Source: Deltaproteobacteria bacterium HGW-Deltaproteobacteria-2
GTDB lineage: Bacteria > Desulfobacterota > Syntrophia > Syntrophales > Smithellaceae
NCBI GenBank assembly: GCA_002840505.1
Contig: PHBC01000001.1
Coordinates: 131,767 to 195,766 of the forward strand
DNA length: 64,000 nucleotides
Reading direction: 5' to 3'
Below the pieces are notes generated by a model. It had not been told where the DNA came from and made no database searches. It saw only the letters and a list, made by a program, of their open reading frames with translations. The translations under genes and the position numbers were made by a program. Of the stretch, positions 36,608 to 46,254 are shown piece by piece (within the stretch, counting starts at the first letter, position 1; the number at the start of each line of letters is the position of its first letter).

Positions 36608-37375
36608 TCATTTCATTATTTCTTTCAATCTGGCTACAATTCTGTCCATTGTATCTCCTGCCGGCGCGTTTAGAAATACATCGGCTATATCATCCTGACC
36701 GGTCTGGCCCATATTAATGATGACAATCTTCGCGCCGGATTGCTTGGCATAAATCGGTATATAGGCAGCAGGATAAACAACCAGTGAAGAACCTATCACC
36801 ATTAATAAATCACATTGCTCTGATTCTCTCTCGGCTATCCTTAATGTATCCTGCGGAAGCATTTCGCCAAAGAAGACGACGCCCGGCTTCAGAATACCTT
36901 TGCATTTTTCACATACCGGAAAATGATCGGGCGATGGATGTTTTTGTCTTATAAGTTCCAAATCATAACGTTCACCGCAATCGAGACAAACCAGCCATTC
37001 CATATTGCCGTGCAGTTCGTGAACTTTTTTCGGATTATTTCCTGCCTTCTGGTGCAGATTATCAATATTCTGCGTAATGACGGAACTTAGTTTGTTCATT
37101 TTTTCCAGTTCGGCTATTGCCAAATGAGCCCTATTGGGCTGGGCATTAATCATCAATCCGCCTTCCACAAGGTAGTACCAGACTTTTGTACGTGTCTCGC
37201 CGGAATTAAGAAACCTGTCAATTGTAAAATCATTGGGATCAACTTTAGTCCAGAGTCCGTCCGGGCCGCGGAAATCCGGTATACCTGATTCCGTGCTAAT
37301 GCCCGCTCCGGTAAAAACTACCAACTTTTTCGATGCCGCAATCATTTGAGCGACTTTATTTATCTTTGCTTCCAT
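36608..37375 (-). CDS. cobB: NAD-dependent protein deacylase (Sir2/CobB)
   Basis: GAGISTESGIPDFRG, QNIDNLH, HG, and the Zn ribbon CLDCG...CEKCKG. It overlaps the tyrA 3' end. Confidence 0.85.
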   Translation of the reverse strand: MEAKINKVAQMIAASKKLVVFTGAGISTESGIPDFRGPDGLWTKVDPNDFTIDRFLNSGETRTKVWYYLVEGGLMINAQPNRAHLAIAELEKMNKLSSVITQNIDNLHQKAGNNPKKVHELHGNMEWLVCLDCGERYDLELIRQKHPSPDHFPVCEKCKGILKPGVVFFGEMLPQDTLRIAERESEQCDLLMVIGSSLVVYPAAYIPIYAKQSGAKIVIINMGQTGQDDIADVFLNAPAGDTMDRIVARLKEIMK

Positions 37376-38144
37376 ATAATTTTTCTGCCGTTTTTTTGAT
37401 TGCTTTTTTAGATTCAGTTTTATTGCCGGATTTAATTTTTGATCTGATATCTTTTAGCGCTTGTTCGTAGATATCCAGCATTTTACCGGTTTGCGGATTT
37501 CCCGTTATTATATCAAGGTACAGTTCAGGACTTTCCACGAAAACTTTTCTGATAATGTCCAACTTTGTCCGAAAAATAGGTGTAGAAAATTTGTTTACAT
37601 CCGCAAGAGTAACATTCGTCCGGGCAAGAGCCATTCCCAGGGTAATGGTGTTAAAATGATTGAGCGCTTGAATAACAGCCATCATTTTATCATGCTTTTC
37701 GGGAGTTGCTTCCCAGACAGCCAGTTTATTTTTTTTAAATACAGCTTTGAGCCAGTTCAACCACTTTTTCCCGCGTGCCGGACACAAAATAACATTCTGA
37801 CCGGAGGAATCTTTCACTTGAGGTCCGAAAAGAGGATGACAACCGATAACCTCCGCCTGAGAATTAGCCAGCATCATTTTAACCGGTTCTTTTTTCAGCG
37901 AAGTTAGATCCATCAGAAGCATATCTTTGTTTAACATCGGGCCGACTTTTCTGATTATATCGGCAGTGGCGGAAATAGGCACGGCCACAACTATTACCTC
38001 ACAAAGTTTGGCTAAATCGCTTATACCCAGCTTGGTTTTTCTGCCGCAAACATGGACGGTGTAACTTTCTTTTTTGAGCAAGCCGGCAAACCATTTTCCC
38101 ATGCCGTTGGTGCCGCCGATTATCCCCACTTTAATATTTTTCAT
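37356..38144 (-). CDS. tyrA: Prephenate dehydrogenase
   Basis: N-terminal Rossmann fold IIGGTNGMGKWF, HPLFGP, and operon context. Confidence 0.8.
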   Translation of the reverse strand: MKNIKVGIIGGTNGMGKWFAGLLKKESYTVHVCGRKTKLGISDLAKLCEVIVVAVPISATADIIRKVGPMLNKDMLLMDLTSLKKEPVKMMLANSQAEVIGCHPLFGPQVKDSSGQNVILCPARGKKWLNWLKAVFKKNKLAVWEATPEKHDKMMAVIQALNHFNTITLGMALARTNVTLADVNKFSTPIFRTKLDIIRKVFVESPELYLDIITGNPQTGKMLDIYEQALKDIRSKIKSGNKTESKKAIKKTAEKLYGSKDK

Positions 38145-39223
38145 TCGCTTATCGCTTTCTGCCTTAGTAAATGATCTGCCAGAACAATGTTCACCATCGC
38201 TTCACAAACCGGCACAATCCTGGGCAAAACGCAAATATCATGTCTTCCCTGAATTTCGATTATTCTTTCTTTTCCTCTGCAATCTATAGTGTGTTGCGGT
38301 TTCGCTATGGAAGGAATCGGTTTACAATAAGCCCTCAGCACAATTTTTTCGCCATTTGTTATGCCCGCGAGTATTCCTCCCGCATGATTTGTTTTAAATC
38401 CTTTTTTATTCATCTGATCATTGACTTCCGAGCCCATTCTGCCAGCGACTTCCATGCCATCGCCAATTTCCACCGCTTTCACCGAACCGATGCTCATCAG
38501 AGCTTTGGCCAGATCCGCATCCATCTTATCAAAGACCGGCTCCCCTAGACCTGCTGTACAGCCACTGGCGACAATTTCCACTACTCCGCCCAGCGAATCC
38601 CCTTTTTTACGAACTACCGCAATCTTTTTTTCCATTGCCGCTGCAGCCTGTGCATCCGGGCAGAAAAGAGAATTCCCCAGCACAGATTTTCTTAAATTTT
38701 TATCTGACGGCATCCTGCCGCGGTCAATTTCGATTGCGCCGATTGCCTGTGTGTAAGCTATGACATCAATGCCTGATTGGACAATTACCTTTGCGGCAAT
38801 TGCTCCCGCAGCTACACGGGCAGCCGTTTCTCTGCCGGAAGCGCGTCCTCCACCCCGCCAGTCGCGGATTCCATATTTATTCAAATAGGTAAAGTCTCCC
38901 TGACCCGGACGGAACACATCTTTTAATTCATCGTAAGAAGACGATTTCGCGTCAACGTTTCTAATGATTAACGAAACAGGGGTGCCTGTTGTTTTGCCCT
39001 CGAAAACACCAGAGAGAATTTCAACCTTGTCACCCTCTTTCCTTGTCGTGGAGGAAACCGAGCCGGAAGGCTTTCTTCTATCCAGTGCCTGCTGAATATC
39101 GGATTCATTCAAAGACAGCCCTGCCGGACAGCCATCCACAACCGCTCCCAGCGCCGCCCCATGCGATTCTCCCCAGGTGGTTACGCGAAAAATACTACCT
39201 ATGGTATTACCAGCCATGAACAC
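38141..39223 (-). CDS. aroC: Chorismate synthase
   Basis: TWGESHG, GRxSxRETA-type block (GRASGRETAARV) and typical length. Confidence 0.9.
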   Translation of the reverse strand: MFMAGNTIGSIFRVTTWGESHGAALGAVVDGCPAGLSLNESDIQQALDRRKPSGSVSSTTRKEGDKVEILSGVFEGKTTGTPVSLIIRNVDAKSSSYDELKDVFRPGQGDFTYLNKYGIRDWRGGGRASGRETAARVAAGAIAAKVIVQSGIDVIAYTQAIGAIEIDRGRMPSDKNLRKSVLGNSLFCPDAQAAAAMEKKIAVVRKKGDSLGGVVEIVASGCTAGLGEPVFDKMDADLAKALMSIGSVKAVEIGDGMEVAGRMGSEVNDQMNKKGFKTNHAGGILAGITNGEKIVLRAYCKPIPSIAKPQHTIDCRGKERIIEIQGRHDICVLPRIVPVCEAMVNIVLADHLLRQKAISE

Positions 39224-39230
39224 TCCCTAT

Positions 39231-39347
39231 CATTCCTAAATCAAAGCGCTATCTTTGTTGGCTTCGTCGTCGGCATCCTCAACGTATGTACAATACGTCT
39301 CGTCGCCTCCTCCTTGCCGCCTCGATATCATCTCTGATTTAGAAACG
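39231..39347 (-). repeat. 117-bp MITE-like element (copy B, inverted relative to copy A)
   Basis: It exactly fills the aroK-aroC intergenic gap. See 36488-36605. Confidence 0.75.
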
Positions 39348-39350
39348 ATA

Positions 39351-39896
39351 TTACTTTTTATTTATTTTATCCAAATTTCCCGATTTACGCAAATACTGAT
39401 AAATTTCTTCGGCAACTTGTATAGCTTTTTTACCTGTTGTATCCACAATATAATCAGCGGCTCCTTCATATAAAGGAAGCCTTTGCTTCATGACATCGAC
39501 AGTCTCCTCAGCAATATTTCCAGTTGTAAACTGCGGTCTTATAGCCTTGCTCTGCGCATCTTTGCTGAGCCGCTTGACAATATCCGGCACGGGAGCATTA
39601 AGCCAGATTATTACACTTGTCTGCTTTAAAAGATTTACATTCTCCTGGTCCAAAACTACTCCACCACCCGTAGCAATAATAGCCGATTTTTTTTTCGTCA
39701 GAGTTTTAATTGTCTCTTTTTCTTTGATGCGAAAATAATCCCACCCATGAAGCGCAACAATTTCTCTAATCGGCATCGCCATTTTCTTTTCCACCAGCAA
39801 ATCGGTATCACAAAAAGCAATTTTCAGCTTAGTGGAAAGAATTTTGCCTACTGTGGATTTTCCTGTTGCCCGATAACCGATTAAGACAACATTCAT
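39351..39896 (-). CDS. aroK: Shikimate kinase
   Basis: LIGYRATGKSTVG P-loop and 181-aa length. Confidence 0.85.
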   Translation of the reverse strand: MNVVLIGYRATGKSTVGKILSTKLKIAFCDTDLLVEKKMAMPIREIVALHGWDYFRIKEKETIKTLTKKKSAIIATGGGVVLDQENVNLLKQTSVIIWLNAPVPDIVKRLSKDAQSKAIRPQFTTGNIAEETVDVMKQRLPLYEGAADYIVDTTGKKAIQVAEEIYQYLRKSGNLDKINKK

Positions 39897-41149
39897 ATTT
39901 TTCTCAATTCCTCCCAGAAAGTGGGAAACGATTTATCAACACATTTTTTATCGCTGATTTCAATGCCGCTGGCGACAAGACCGGCAATGGCAAAGCTCAT
40001 GGCCATACGATGGTCGTTATAGGTTTCAATTTTTGCCGGTCGCATTTTTCCACCCTGAATCACAAGTCCATCCGGCATTTCCCTTGCTTCAATACCTGTA
40101 CGGTTCAATTCGGTAACCAGAGCTGCCAGACGGTTGCTTTCTTTTATTCTCAAATGCGCTACATTGCTTATAACCGTTCGGCCTTTACGGAAAGCGGCCA
40201 GCACAGCCAAAGTAGGCACCATATCCGGCATATCGTTCAGGTCGAAAGTAAAATCACCTTCCGCCAGATTATTGCCGGATACTTCTACCCAACTTTCTTC
40301 TGATTTTACCTTGCAGCCCAATTCTTCCAAAACACTCAGCAAGTGCATATCTCCCTGCTTGCTTTGCCGGTTGATCCCCGTAACTCTGACTGTTTTTCTT
40401 AAAAGCATCGCAGCCAGAAAAAAATAGGAAGCACTGGAAGCATCTCCTTCAACGAGATATTTGCGTCCCTGATAAATTTCGCCGGCCGTAACATGATATT
40501 CATACTTTCCTGTTTGGGTAATCTCAGCGCCGAAATCTTTCATCACGGCAATAGTCAGATCTATGTAAGGAGTAGAAACAACGCCTCCCTGCAAAGTTAA
40601 ATCCATGCCTTTTTTCGTGTAGGGCGCGCAAAGAAGCAGCGCTGACACGTATTGTGAGCTTTCAATATTCTGAAGGGTTATCTTTCCTCCCTTCAGGCCG
40701 TTGGCATTTATTTGAACCGGCGGGCAATTTCCCCGGGTAAGTATATCAACACCCATTTCTTTTAACGCATCCGCCAGAGCGCCTACCGGCCTTTCACAAA
40801 GCCGCTTTTCACCGGTCAGAACGTATTTGCCGCTGCCCAGACAGACCAGTGCCGTAAGAAATCGCAACGCGGTGCCGTTATTTCCCAAAAATAATTCTTT
40901 ACCTGTGTTTATTATTTTACCGGCTGTACCGGAAATATTAAAACCGTCCTCCATGGACACAATTTGCGCACCCAATGTTTGCAATCCTTCAATCAGATAT
41001 GTTGTGTCCTGGGAAACAAGAGCATTGCTGATGAAAGAATTATTCTGCGCCAAAGCGGCAGCCACCAGTGCCCGCTGGGTCAGGCTCTTGGAACCGGGCA
41101 CATGAATAGTCGCAGATACTTCTTCAAAATGAACGTCTTTATTATTCAA
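39893..41149 (-). CDS. aroA: 3-phosphoshikimate 1-carboxyvinyltransferase (EPSP synthase)
   Basis: PGSKSLTQR, LGNNGTALRFL and NDHRMAMSFA motifs. Confidence 0.9.
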   Translation of the reverse strand: MNNKDVHFEEVSATIHVPGSKSLTQRALVAAALAQNNSFISNALVSQDTTYLIEGLQTLGAQIVSMEDGFNISGTAGKIINTGKELFLGNNGTALRFLTALVCLGSGKYVLTGEKRLCERPVGALADALKEMGVDILTRGNCPPVQINANGLKGGKITLQNIESSQYVSALLLCAPYTKKGMDLTLQGGVVSTPYIDLTIAVMKDFGAEITQTGKYEYHVTAGEIYQGRKYLVEGDASSASYFFLAAMLLRKTVRVTGINRQSKQGDMHLLSVLEELGCKVKSEESWVEVSGNNLAEGDFTFDLNDMPDMVPTLAVLAAFRKGRTVISNVAHLRIKESNRLAALVTELNRTGIEAREMPDGLVIQGGKMRPAKIETYNDHRMAMSFAIAGLVASGIEISDKKCVDKSFPTFWEELRKI

Positions 41150-42710
41150 CTTGAGTCAACCTTTCTAATATTGTTTTTTTCATCAAAGCTCGTGGCGGTT
41201 CTTTGCCCGTCCATAGTCGTAATTGCTCTGCTCCCTGGTTTACAAACATGTCCAAACCGGAAATAATACCGCATCCTTGCTTTTGCGCATCCTTAAGTAA
41301 TTTTGTCTTTATCGGATTGTATATAACATCCACCACATATTTATAATTACTCAGAATAGCAGCTTTCACCGGCGATTTATCCTTAGGATACATGCCTACA
41401 GGAGTTGTATTGATCAGGCAGTCAGCTTTGATTTTGCCGATTTCGGCAAGGGAATAAAACGGACAGTTCAATTTGCGGGAAAGAATTTCTCCCTTTTTCA
41501 ACGTGCGATTAACAATCATCGGGAATCCGCCTTCTTTTATTATTCCATAAGCTGCCGCCCGCGCTGTTCCGCCCGCACCAATAATTACAAAAGTTTTATT
41601 TTTAATCGGCATTGCTTCCCGGATTGTAACAATAAGTCCCAACCAGTCGGTATTGTAACCGATCAGGCAACCATGATGATTGATAATTGTGTTCACAGCT
41701 CCGATTTTCAGCGCGTCATCGTCAACATCATCCAGGTATTCCATAACAGCAACCTTAAAAGGAATGGTGATGCTGGCGCCACAAATATTCATTGCCCTCA
41801 TACCCTGTATCGCGCCCCTTAAATCGTGAACACAAAAAGCGCTGTAGTTTCCTTCAACACTCATTTTTTTTAACGCAGCATTATGCATGATCGGCGAGAG
41901 ACTTTGCCCCACCGGATTGCCCAGCAGAATATAATGCTGAGGTTGAAATGTTTGTTTAGGTAAAGCCATCTCTGAAGATAAAGCTTCTTTGTCTTTAAAT
42001 AGTTCATTAATTTGTTTCATCCCGCCAACAGTAAACTGTCCCGGCGCAGACTGCCCTTCTTGTTTTAATGCGGCAAAACTCAAATAATTCCCCAAAAAAG
42101 GAGCTATGGCACGACTGATGCCGCCTTTGTCTCCCATGCACAAAGAAATTATTTTTTGAGAACGCTCTTTAGCGTAAGAAATTAAACTCAGCGTTATCAG
42201 ATTATCTTCAGCAGTCTTCGCTGTAGTAACTATTTTTACAATAGCCGGTTTAAACTGCACGCTTTGATAAAATATCTTTTTTAATTTTGTCAGCGAGGGA
42301 GTCTCTTTAAGATTATGGTAGGAAATAATGATTTTTGTTTTTCCCCCGTGTTTTGAACAAAAAGACTGCAGATCTTTAATTACCGCAAGTCCTTTCGCGA
42401 GCTCGATATCCACGAAATCAGCACCCAACTCGATTGCTTCTTTGAGCAGTGCTATTTTTTCTTCTGTACATCTTACATAACTTTTTGAGAGCATCGCTCT
42501 TCCGGCAGAAGCTGCTTCTTCTTTTTCCCTGCAAGTAACAATTATTTTAACCGAATCGGAATTGTTGCGGGCAATTGAAATAAATTCCTCAAGCCTTCCG
42601 CCATTGATCAAATCCATTCTCAGTTCGATAAAATCGGCAAACTGACAACTTCTTTCAATACTATGCAAAGCTTCTTTTTTTGTTCTGGCTGTAATGGGAA
42701 CACAAATCAT
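41142..42710 (-). CDS. aroDE: Bifunctional type I 3-dehydroquinate dehydratase / shikimate dehydrogenase
   Basis: The N-terminal half has the type I DHQase pattern (IELRMD, ISYHN). The C-terminal half has GNPVGQSLSPIMHNAA, NTDW and GAGGTARA. Confidence 0.85.
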   Translation of the reverse strand: MICVPITARTKKEALHSIERSCQFADFIELRMDLINGGRLEEFISIARNNSDSVKIIVTCREKEEAASAGRAMLSKSYVRCTEEKIALLKEAIELGADFVDIELAKGLAVIKDLQSFCSKHGGKTKIIISYHNLKETPSLTKLKKIFYQSVQFKPAIVKIVTTAKTAEDNLITLSLISYAKERSQKIISLCMGDKGGISRAIAPFLGNYLSFAALKQEGQSAPGQFTVGGMKQINELFKDKEALSSEMALPKQTFQPQHYILLGNPVGQSLSPIMHNAALKKMSVEGNYSAFCVHDLRGAIQGMRAMNICGASITIPFKVAVMEYLDDVDDDALKIGAVNTIINHHGCLIGYNTDWLGLIVTIREAMPIKNKTFVIIGAGGTARAAAYGIIKEGGFPMIVNRTLKKGEILSRKLNCPFYSLAEIGKIKADCLINTTPVGMYPKDKSPVKAAILSNYKYVVDVIYNPIKTKLLKDAQKQGCGIISGLDMFVNQGAEQLRLWTGKEPPRALMKKTILERLTQVE

Positions 42711-43783
42711 AATATGCCTTCCATTTTCGGATAGGATCCCAATATCTTGAGAAAAGTTGTTTTCCCCTCCAATTCTTCCAGGCAGCTGTTCACCTGCCTA
42801 TCTGTTATGTGACCGATAATGTCCACGAAAAAGCTGTATTCCCACAATTTCTCCTTTACAGGGTGCGATTCTATTTTTGCCAAATTAATTTTTCGCCGGG
42901 CAAAGGACGACAGTGCCCGATGAAGAGAACCCGGTGAATGCGGTGTGGCAAAAATCAAAGAGGTCTTATCATTGCCTGTCGCGGCATTTTCTCCTCTACC
43001 TATAACCAAAAATCGTGTCGTGTTGGAAGAATTATCTTCAATGCCTTCAGCAAGTATATTCAATCCGTAAATATGGGCGGCAAGCAAACTGCCTATAGCC
43101 GCTTCATTCTTTTTACCCCGCACCATCTGAACAGCGGCGGTTGTGCTTTCTGTTTCACCCAGTATACAATTGGGCAAATTGGTTTTTAGCCATATCTGAC
43201 ATTGCGCTAATGGCTGAGGATGAGAATAAATTTTTTTGATGTCTTTCATACTTTCGGCCGAAGAAATAAGACACTGGCTGATCCGTAAAAAAATCTCCGC
43301 TCTGATTTTCAGTGATGTTGTAATCAGATGGTCAAGCGTAATATTCACCGATCCTTCCAGCGAATTTTCCACTGGAACAACACCCCAATCTACAGAACCT
43401 TTTTCGACTTCATCGAACACACGATCAATTCTAGGCTGAGGGAAATAATGGCTGGACTCACCAAAATTTAAACGTGCCGCTTGATGTGTAAAAGAAGCTT
43501 CGGCTCCGAAAAAAGCGACCGTCGTCGGTTTTTGCAGACTGCGCGATGCGGAAATAATTTCCCGAAAAATCGATGTTACCGCCTCACTCGGCAGAGGACC
43601 TGAATTTAATTCCTGCAAATATCTGTGAACCTTTGCTTCCTGCGCAGGGTCATATACGTCAATACCGCCTTCACCTTTAACCTTACCGATCTGGACGGAT
43701 ATTTGCGCCCGTTCATTCAACAAACGGATAATCTCCCGATCTTTTTCTTTCATGTTTTCCCTTAACGTTTCCAGCAGTCTCAT
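42707..43783 (-). CDS. pheA: Chorismate mutase / prephenate dehydratase (P-protein)
   Basis: An N-terminal CM helix region (REIIRLLNERAQISVQIGKVK) is followed by PDT (VAFFGAEASFTHQAA, TRFLVIG) and a C-terminal ACT domain. Confidence 0.85.
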   Translation of the reverse strand: MRLLETLRENMKEKDREIIRLLNERAQISVQIGKVKGEGGIDVYDPAQEAKVHRYLQELNSGPLPSEAVTSIFREIISASRSLQKPTTVAFFGAEASFTHQAARLNFGESSHYFPQPRIDRVFDEVEKGSVDWGVVPVENSLEGSVNITLDHLITTSLKIRAEIFLRISQCLISSAESMKDIKKIYSHPQPLAQCQIWLKTNLPNCILGETESTTAAVQMVRGKKNEAAIGSLLAAHIYGLNILAEGIEDNSSNTTRFLVIGRGENAATGNDKTSLIFATPHSPGSLHRALSSFARRKINLAKIESHPVKEKLWEYSFFVDIIGHITDRQVNSCLEELEGKTTFLKILGSYPKMEGIL

Positions 43784-44874
43784 TCTTTCATCTCCTCAAT
43801 CACTGCGGTAATCATTTCTGGTTTAATACTTCCAATAATAAAAGGCATTCCTATTTTCTTTAACAAAACAAAACGGATAATGTCACCTTTTTTCTTTTTA
43901 TCCATTTGCAAAGCAGCAATAATATTATCAGCAAAAAAAGTCTCCGGTATTTTCCAGGGCAAACCTGCTTCGCGGATAAGCGTTTCGATGCGTTTAGCTT
44001 CATTGCTTTCCAGGTAGCTCATTTTTTCGGAAAGACGCGCCGCCGCGATCATCCCTAAAGCAACACCTTCGCCATGCGTTATTGTATACTGGGACATTGT
44101 TTCCAGAGCGTGTCCCAATGTGTGGCCAAAATTAAGAATATGCCGTAGACCTTGATCTTTTTCATCAATTTCGACAATTGATTTTTTAATGCGGCAACAT
44201 GCTTCCACTATATTCAGCACAAGTTTCGGATCTTTTAATTTTATCGCTTCCATGTTGTTTTCCATGGTATGAAACATTTTTTCATCATCAATGATGCCGT
44301 ATTTGATAATTTCCGAGAGCCCGTTATTAAATTCTTTTTCCGGCAGCGTTTCTAAAAAGCTCAAATCCGTAAAAACAGCGCATGGTTGATAAAATGTCCC
44401 CAGCAGATTTTTCCCGTGGGTAAGATCAACGGCTGTTTTTCCACCTATACTGCTGTCCACTTGTGCAACCAGCGTTGTGGGAATCTGAATATAAGGCACA
44501 GAACGCATAAAAACAGAGGCGATAAAACCGGTAACGTCGCCTACAACTCCACCGCCTAAAGCAAGTAGAAGAGTCTCACGATCAGCTCCTAATTGCAGTA
44601 ATTTCCCTGCAATATCCAGCACAGTACTGATATTCTTGGAAGCTTCGCCTGCGGGGAATTCTATTAAATTTACATTTAATCCGACATCTTCTAAACCGGC
44701 AAGGAACTTTTTACCGTAAAGACTGCCGACACAATCGTCAGTAATCACCACATAACGCTCCGCTTTATGGTTTTTGGCAATAATCAGCGCCATTCTGTCG
44801 ATTATATCTTTACCGATACGAATTTCATAAGATGATCGAATTTTCTTATCGAGATTAACTTTTATTGTTCGCAT
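43780..44874 (-). CDS. aroB: 3-dehydroquinate synthase
   Basis: GGGVVGDVTGF, the metal ligands HTLGHALE..HGEGVALG and typical length. Confidence 0.9.
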   Translation of the reverse strand: MRTIKVNLDKKIRSSYEIRIGKDIIDRMALIIAKNHKAERYVVITDDCVGSLYGKKFLAGLEDVGLNVNLIEFPAGEASKNISTVLDIAGKLLQLGADRETLLLALGGGVVGDVTGFIASVFMRSVPYIQIPTTLVAQVDSSIGGKTAVDLTHGKNLLGTFYQPCAVFTDLSFLETLPEKEFNNGLSEIIKYGIIDDEKMFHTMENNMEAIKLKDPKLVLNIVEACCRIKKSIVEIDEKDQGLRHILNFGHTLGHALETMSQYTITHGEGVALGMIAAARLSEKMSYLESNEAKRIETLIREAGLPWKIPETFFADNIIAALQMDKKKKGDIIRFVLLKKIGMPFIIGSIKPEMITAVIEEMKE

Positions 44875-44932
44875 ATATTCATTCCTTTTTCTTCTTCAAA
44901 GCATCATTACATAAGACATAAAATCAAGACTA

Positions 44933-44961
44933 GTATTAGACTCAACTTTTGCAAAAGTCAA
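44933..44961 (-). promoter_or_regulatory. Possible internal sigma-70 promoter between aroF and aroB
   Basis: The minus strand reads TTGACT-17 nt-TAATAC, preceded by the hairpin CCGCCA-T-TGGCGG (44967-44979). Confidence 0.3.
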
Positions 44962-45005
44962 TTGAACCGCCATTGGCGGAAATCGACATCTGCCAGGTCA
45001 CGTGA

Positions 45006-46016
45006 TTAATGTTTCATTACCGCGGCAATCGCTCTTAACTCATCCATTAGTTGATAAAACTTCTCCGGTTTCAGCGACTGCGCTCCATCGGAAACGGCTT
45101 TTTCCGGTTCCGGGTGAACTTCCACGATAAGACCATCGGCGCCAACAGCAACCGCCGCGCAGGACAACGGGATCACATATTTCCAATGACCGGCAGCATG
45201 ACTTGGATCAACAATAACCGGCAGATGAGTCAAACTTTTTAATACCGGAACAGCGCTTAGATCCAAAGTGTTTCTTGTGGCCGTTTCAAAAGTTCGGATA
45301 CCACGTTCGCAAAGAACCACATGGGGATTACCCGATGAAAGGATATATTCCGCCGACATCAGCAGCTCTTCGATGGTGGTCATCATGCCTCTTTTTAAAA
45401 GTACCGGCTTTTTCGAACGGCCGACTTCTTTGAGCAGGGCAAAATTCTGGACATTACGCGCACCGATTTGCAGCATGTCGGCATAAGATTCCACAAGATC
45501 AACATCAGCGGGATTGACCACTTCCGTAACCGTCGGTAGATTTGTTCGCGCGCTAACCTGATTTAATACCTTTAAGCCTTCTTTTTCCATACCCTGGAAG
45601 CTATATGGAGAAGTGCGCGGTTTGTAGGCGCCGCCTCTAAGAATCTGGGCGCCACCCTTTTTGGCGATATAGGCGCTTTCTAATAATTGTTCTTCGCTTT
45701 CAATCGCACATGGACCGGCAATTACAACGAAGTCCGGACCGCCGATTTTGATTGAACCTACCGAAACCACAGTATTACCTTCGTGCGATTCGCGACTGGC
45801 CAGCTTGTAGGGTTTTAAAATCGGCATGGTTTTTTCTACCCCCGGCAAAGACTCCGCGTACTTAAGGATTCCCTTGTCGCGATTGTCACCGACTGCCCCG
45901 ATAATTGTCCGTTCAACACCGATTGAAGGATGCGCTTTATATCCGACAGATTCAATCCAGCGAATCACATCTTCAATTTGCTTTTCTGTAGCCTGATTTT
46001 TCATTACAATGATCAT
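45006..46016 (-). CDS. aroF: DAHP synthase, type I-beta with an N-terminal ferredoxin-like regulatory domain (Thermotoga type)
   Basis: The extra N-terminal domain is about 70 aa. The catalytic core has [18 protein letters not shown] and DPSH motifs. The RBS is GGAGGGAG. Confidence 0.85.
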   Translation of the reverse strand: MIIVMKNQATEKQIEDVIRWIESVGYKAHPSIGVERTIIGAVGDNRDKGILKYAESLPGVEKTMPILKPYKLASRESHEGNTVVSVGSIKIGGPDFVVIAGPCAIESEEQLLESAYIAKKGGAQILRGGAYKPRTSPYSFQGMEKEGLKVLNQVSARTNLPTVTEVVNPADVDLVESYADMLQIGARNVQNFALLKEVGRSKKPVLLKRGMMTTIEELLMSAEYILSSGNPHVVLCERGIRTFETATRNTLDLSAVPVLKSLTHLPVIVDPSHAAGHWKYVIPLSCAAVAVGADGLIVEVHPEPEKAVSDGAQSLKPEKFYQLMDELRAIAAVMKH

Positions 46017-46033
46017 TCTTTCTCCCTCCTGAA

Positions 46034-46067
46034 TTAAAAAAGGCCAGGGCTTTTGCTGCCATGGCCT
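46034..46067 (-). terminator. Leader hairpin 2 with U-tract (proximal to aroF)
   Basis: The minus strand reads AGGCCATGGC-agcaaaa-GCCCTGGCCT (9 of 10 bp) followed by UUUUUU. It ends about 20 nt before the aroF RBS. Confidence 0.6.
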
Positions 46068-46111
46068 AAAAAAAGAAAAGCCATGGGAGCTCTTTCGATC
46101 TGCCCATGGCT
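46068..46111 (-). terminator. Leader hairpin 1 with U-tract
   Basis: The minus strand reads AGCCATGGG-15 nt-CCCATGGCT (9 bp perfect; the loop can extend the stem to a GAAA cap), followed by UUUCUUUUUUU. Confidence 0.6.
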
Positions 46112-46129
46112 GTTTTGGTTTATTTTAAC

Positions 46130-46228
46130 CTAACAAGTCATCCTTAGCGACGGACAGACCGATGCAAAATAGGTATAAAACCAATAATAATAAGCATTGT
46201 TGTTTGCAGTCAGTTTTCTGTCCATCAT
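46130..46228 (-). CDS. Putative aro-operon leader peptide, 32 aa, with a Tyr/Trp/Phe codon run
   Basis: My own translation gives MMDRKLTANNNAYYYWFYTYFASVCPSLRMTC. GAGGA lies 10 nt upstream. The ORF sits between a consensus-like promoter and two terminator hairpins. Confidence 0.6.
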   Translation of the reverse strand: MMDRKLTANNNAYYYWFYTYFASVCPSLRMTC

Positions 46229-46254
46229 GAAAAACTTATCCTCTATTTGGAGGC

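Noticed and set aside
36608-37375. Sir2-domain gene as an anti-phage defence component (Thoeris/DSR-like)
   Set aside because: It is a short canonical CobB-type sirtuin with an intact zinc ribbon. It overlaps tyrA inside a biosynthetic operon and has no partner defence genes.
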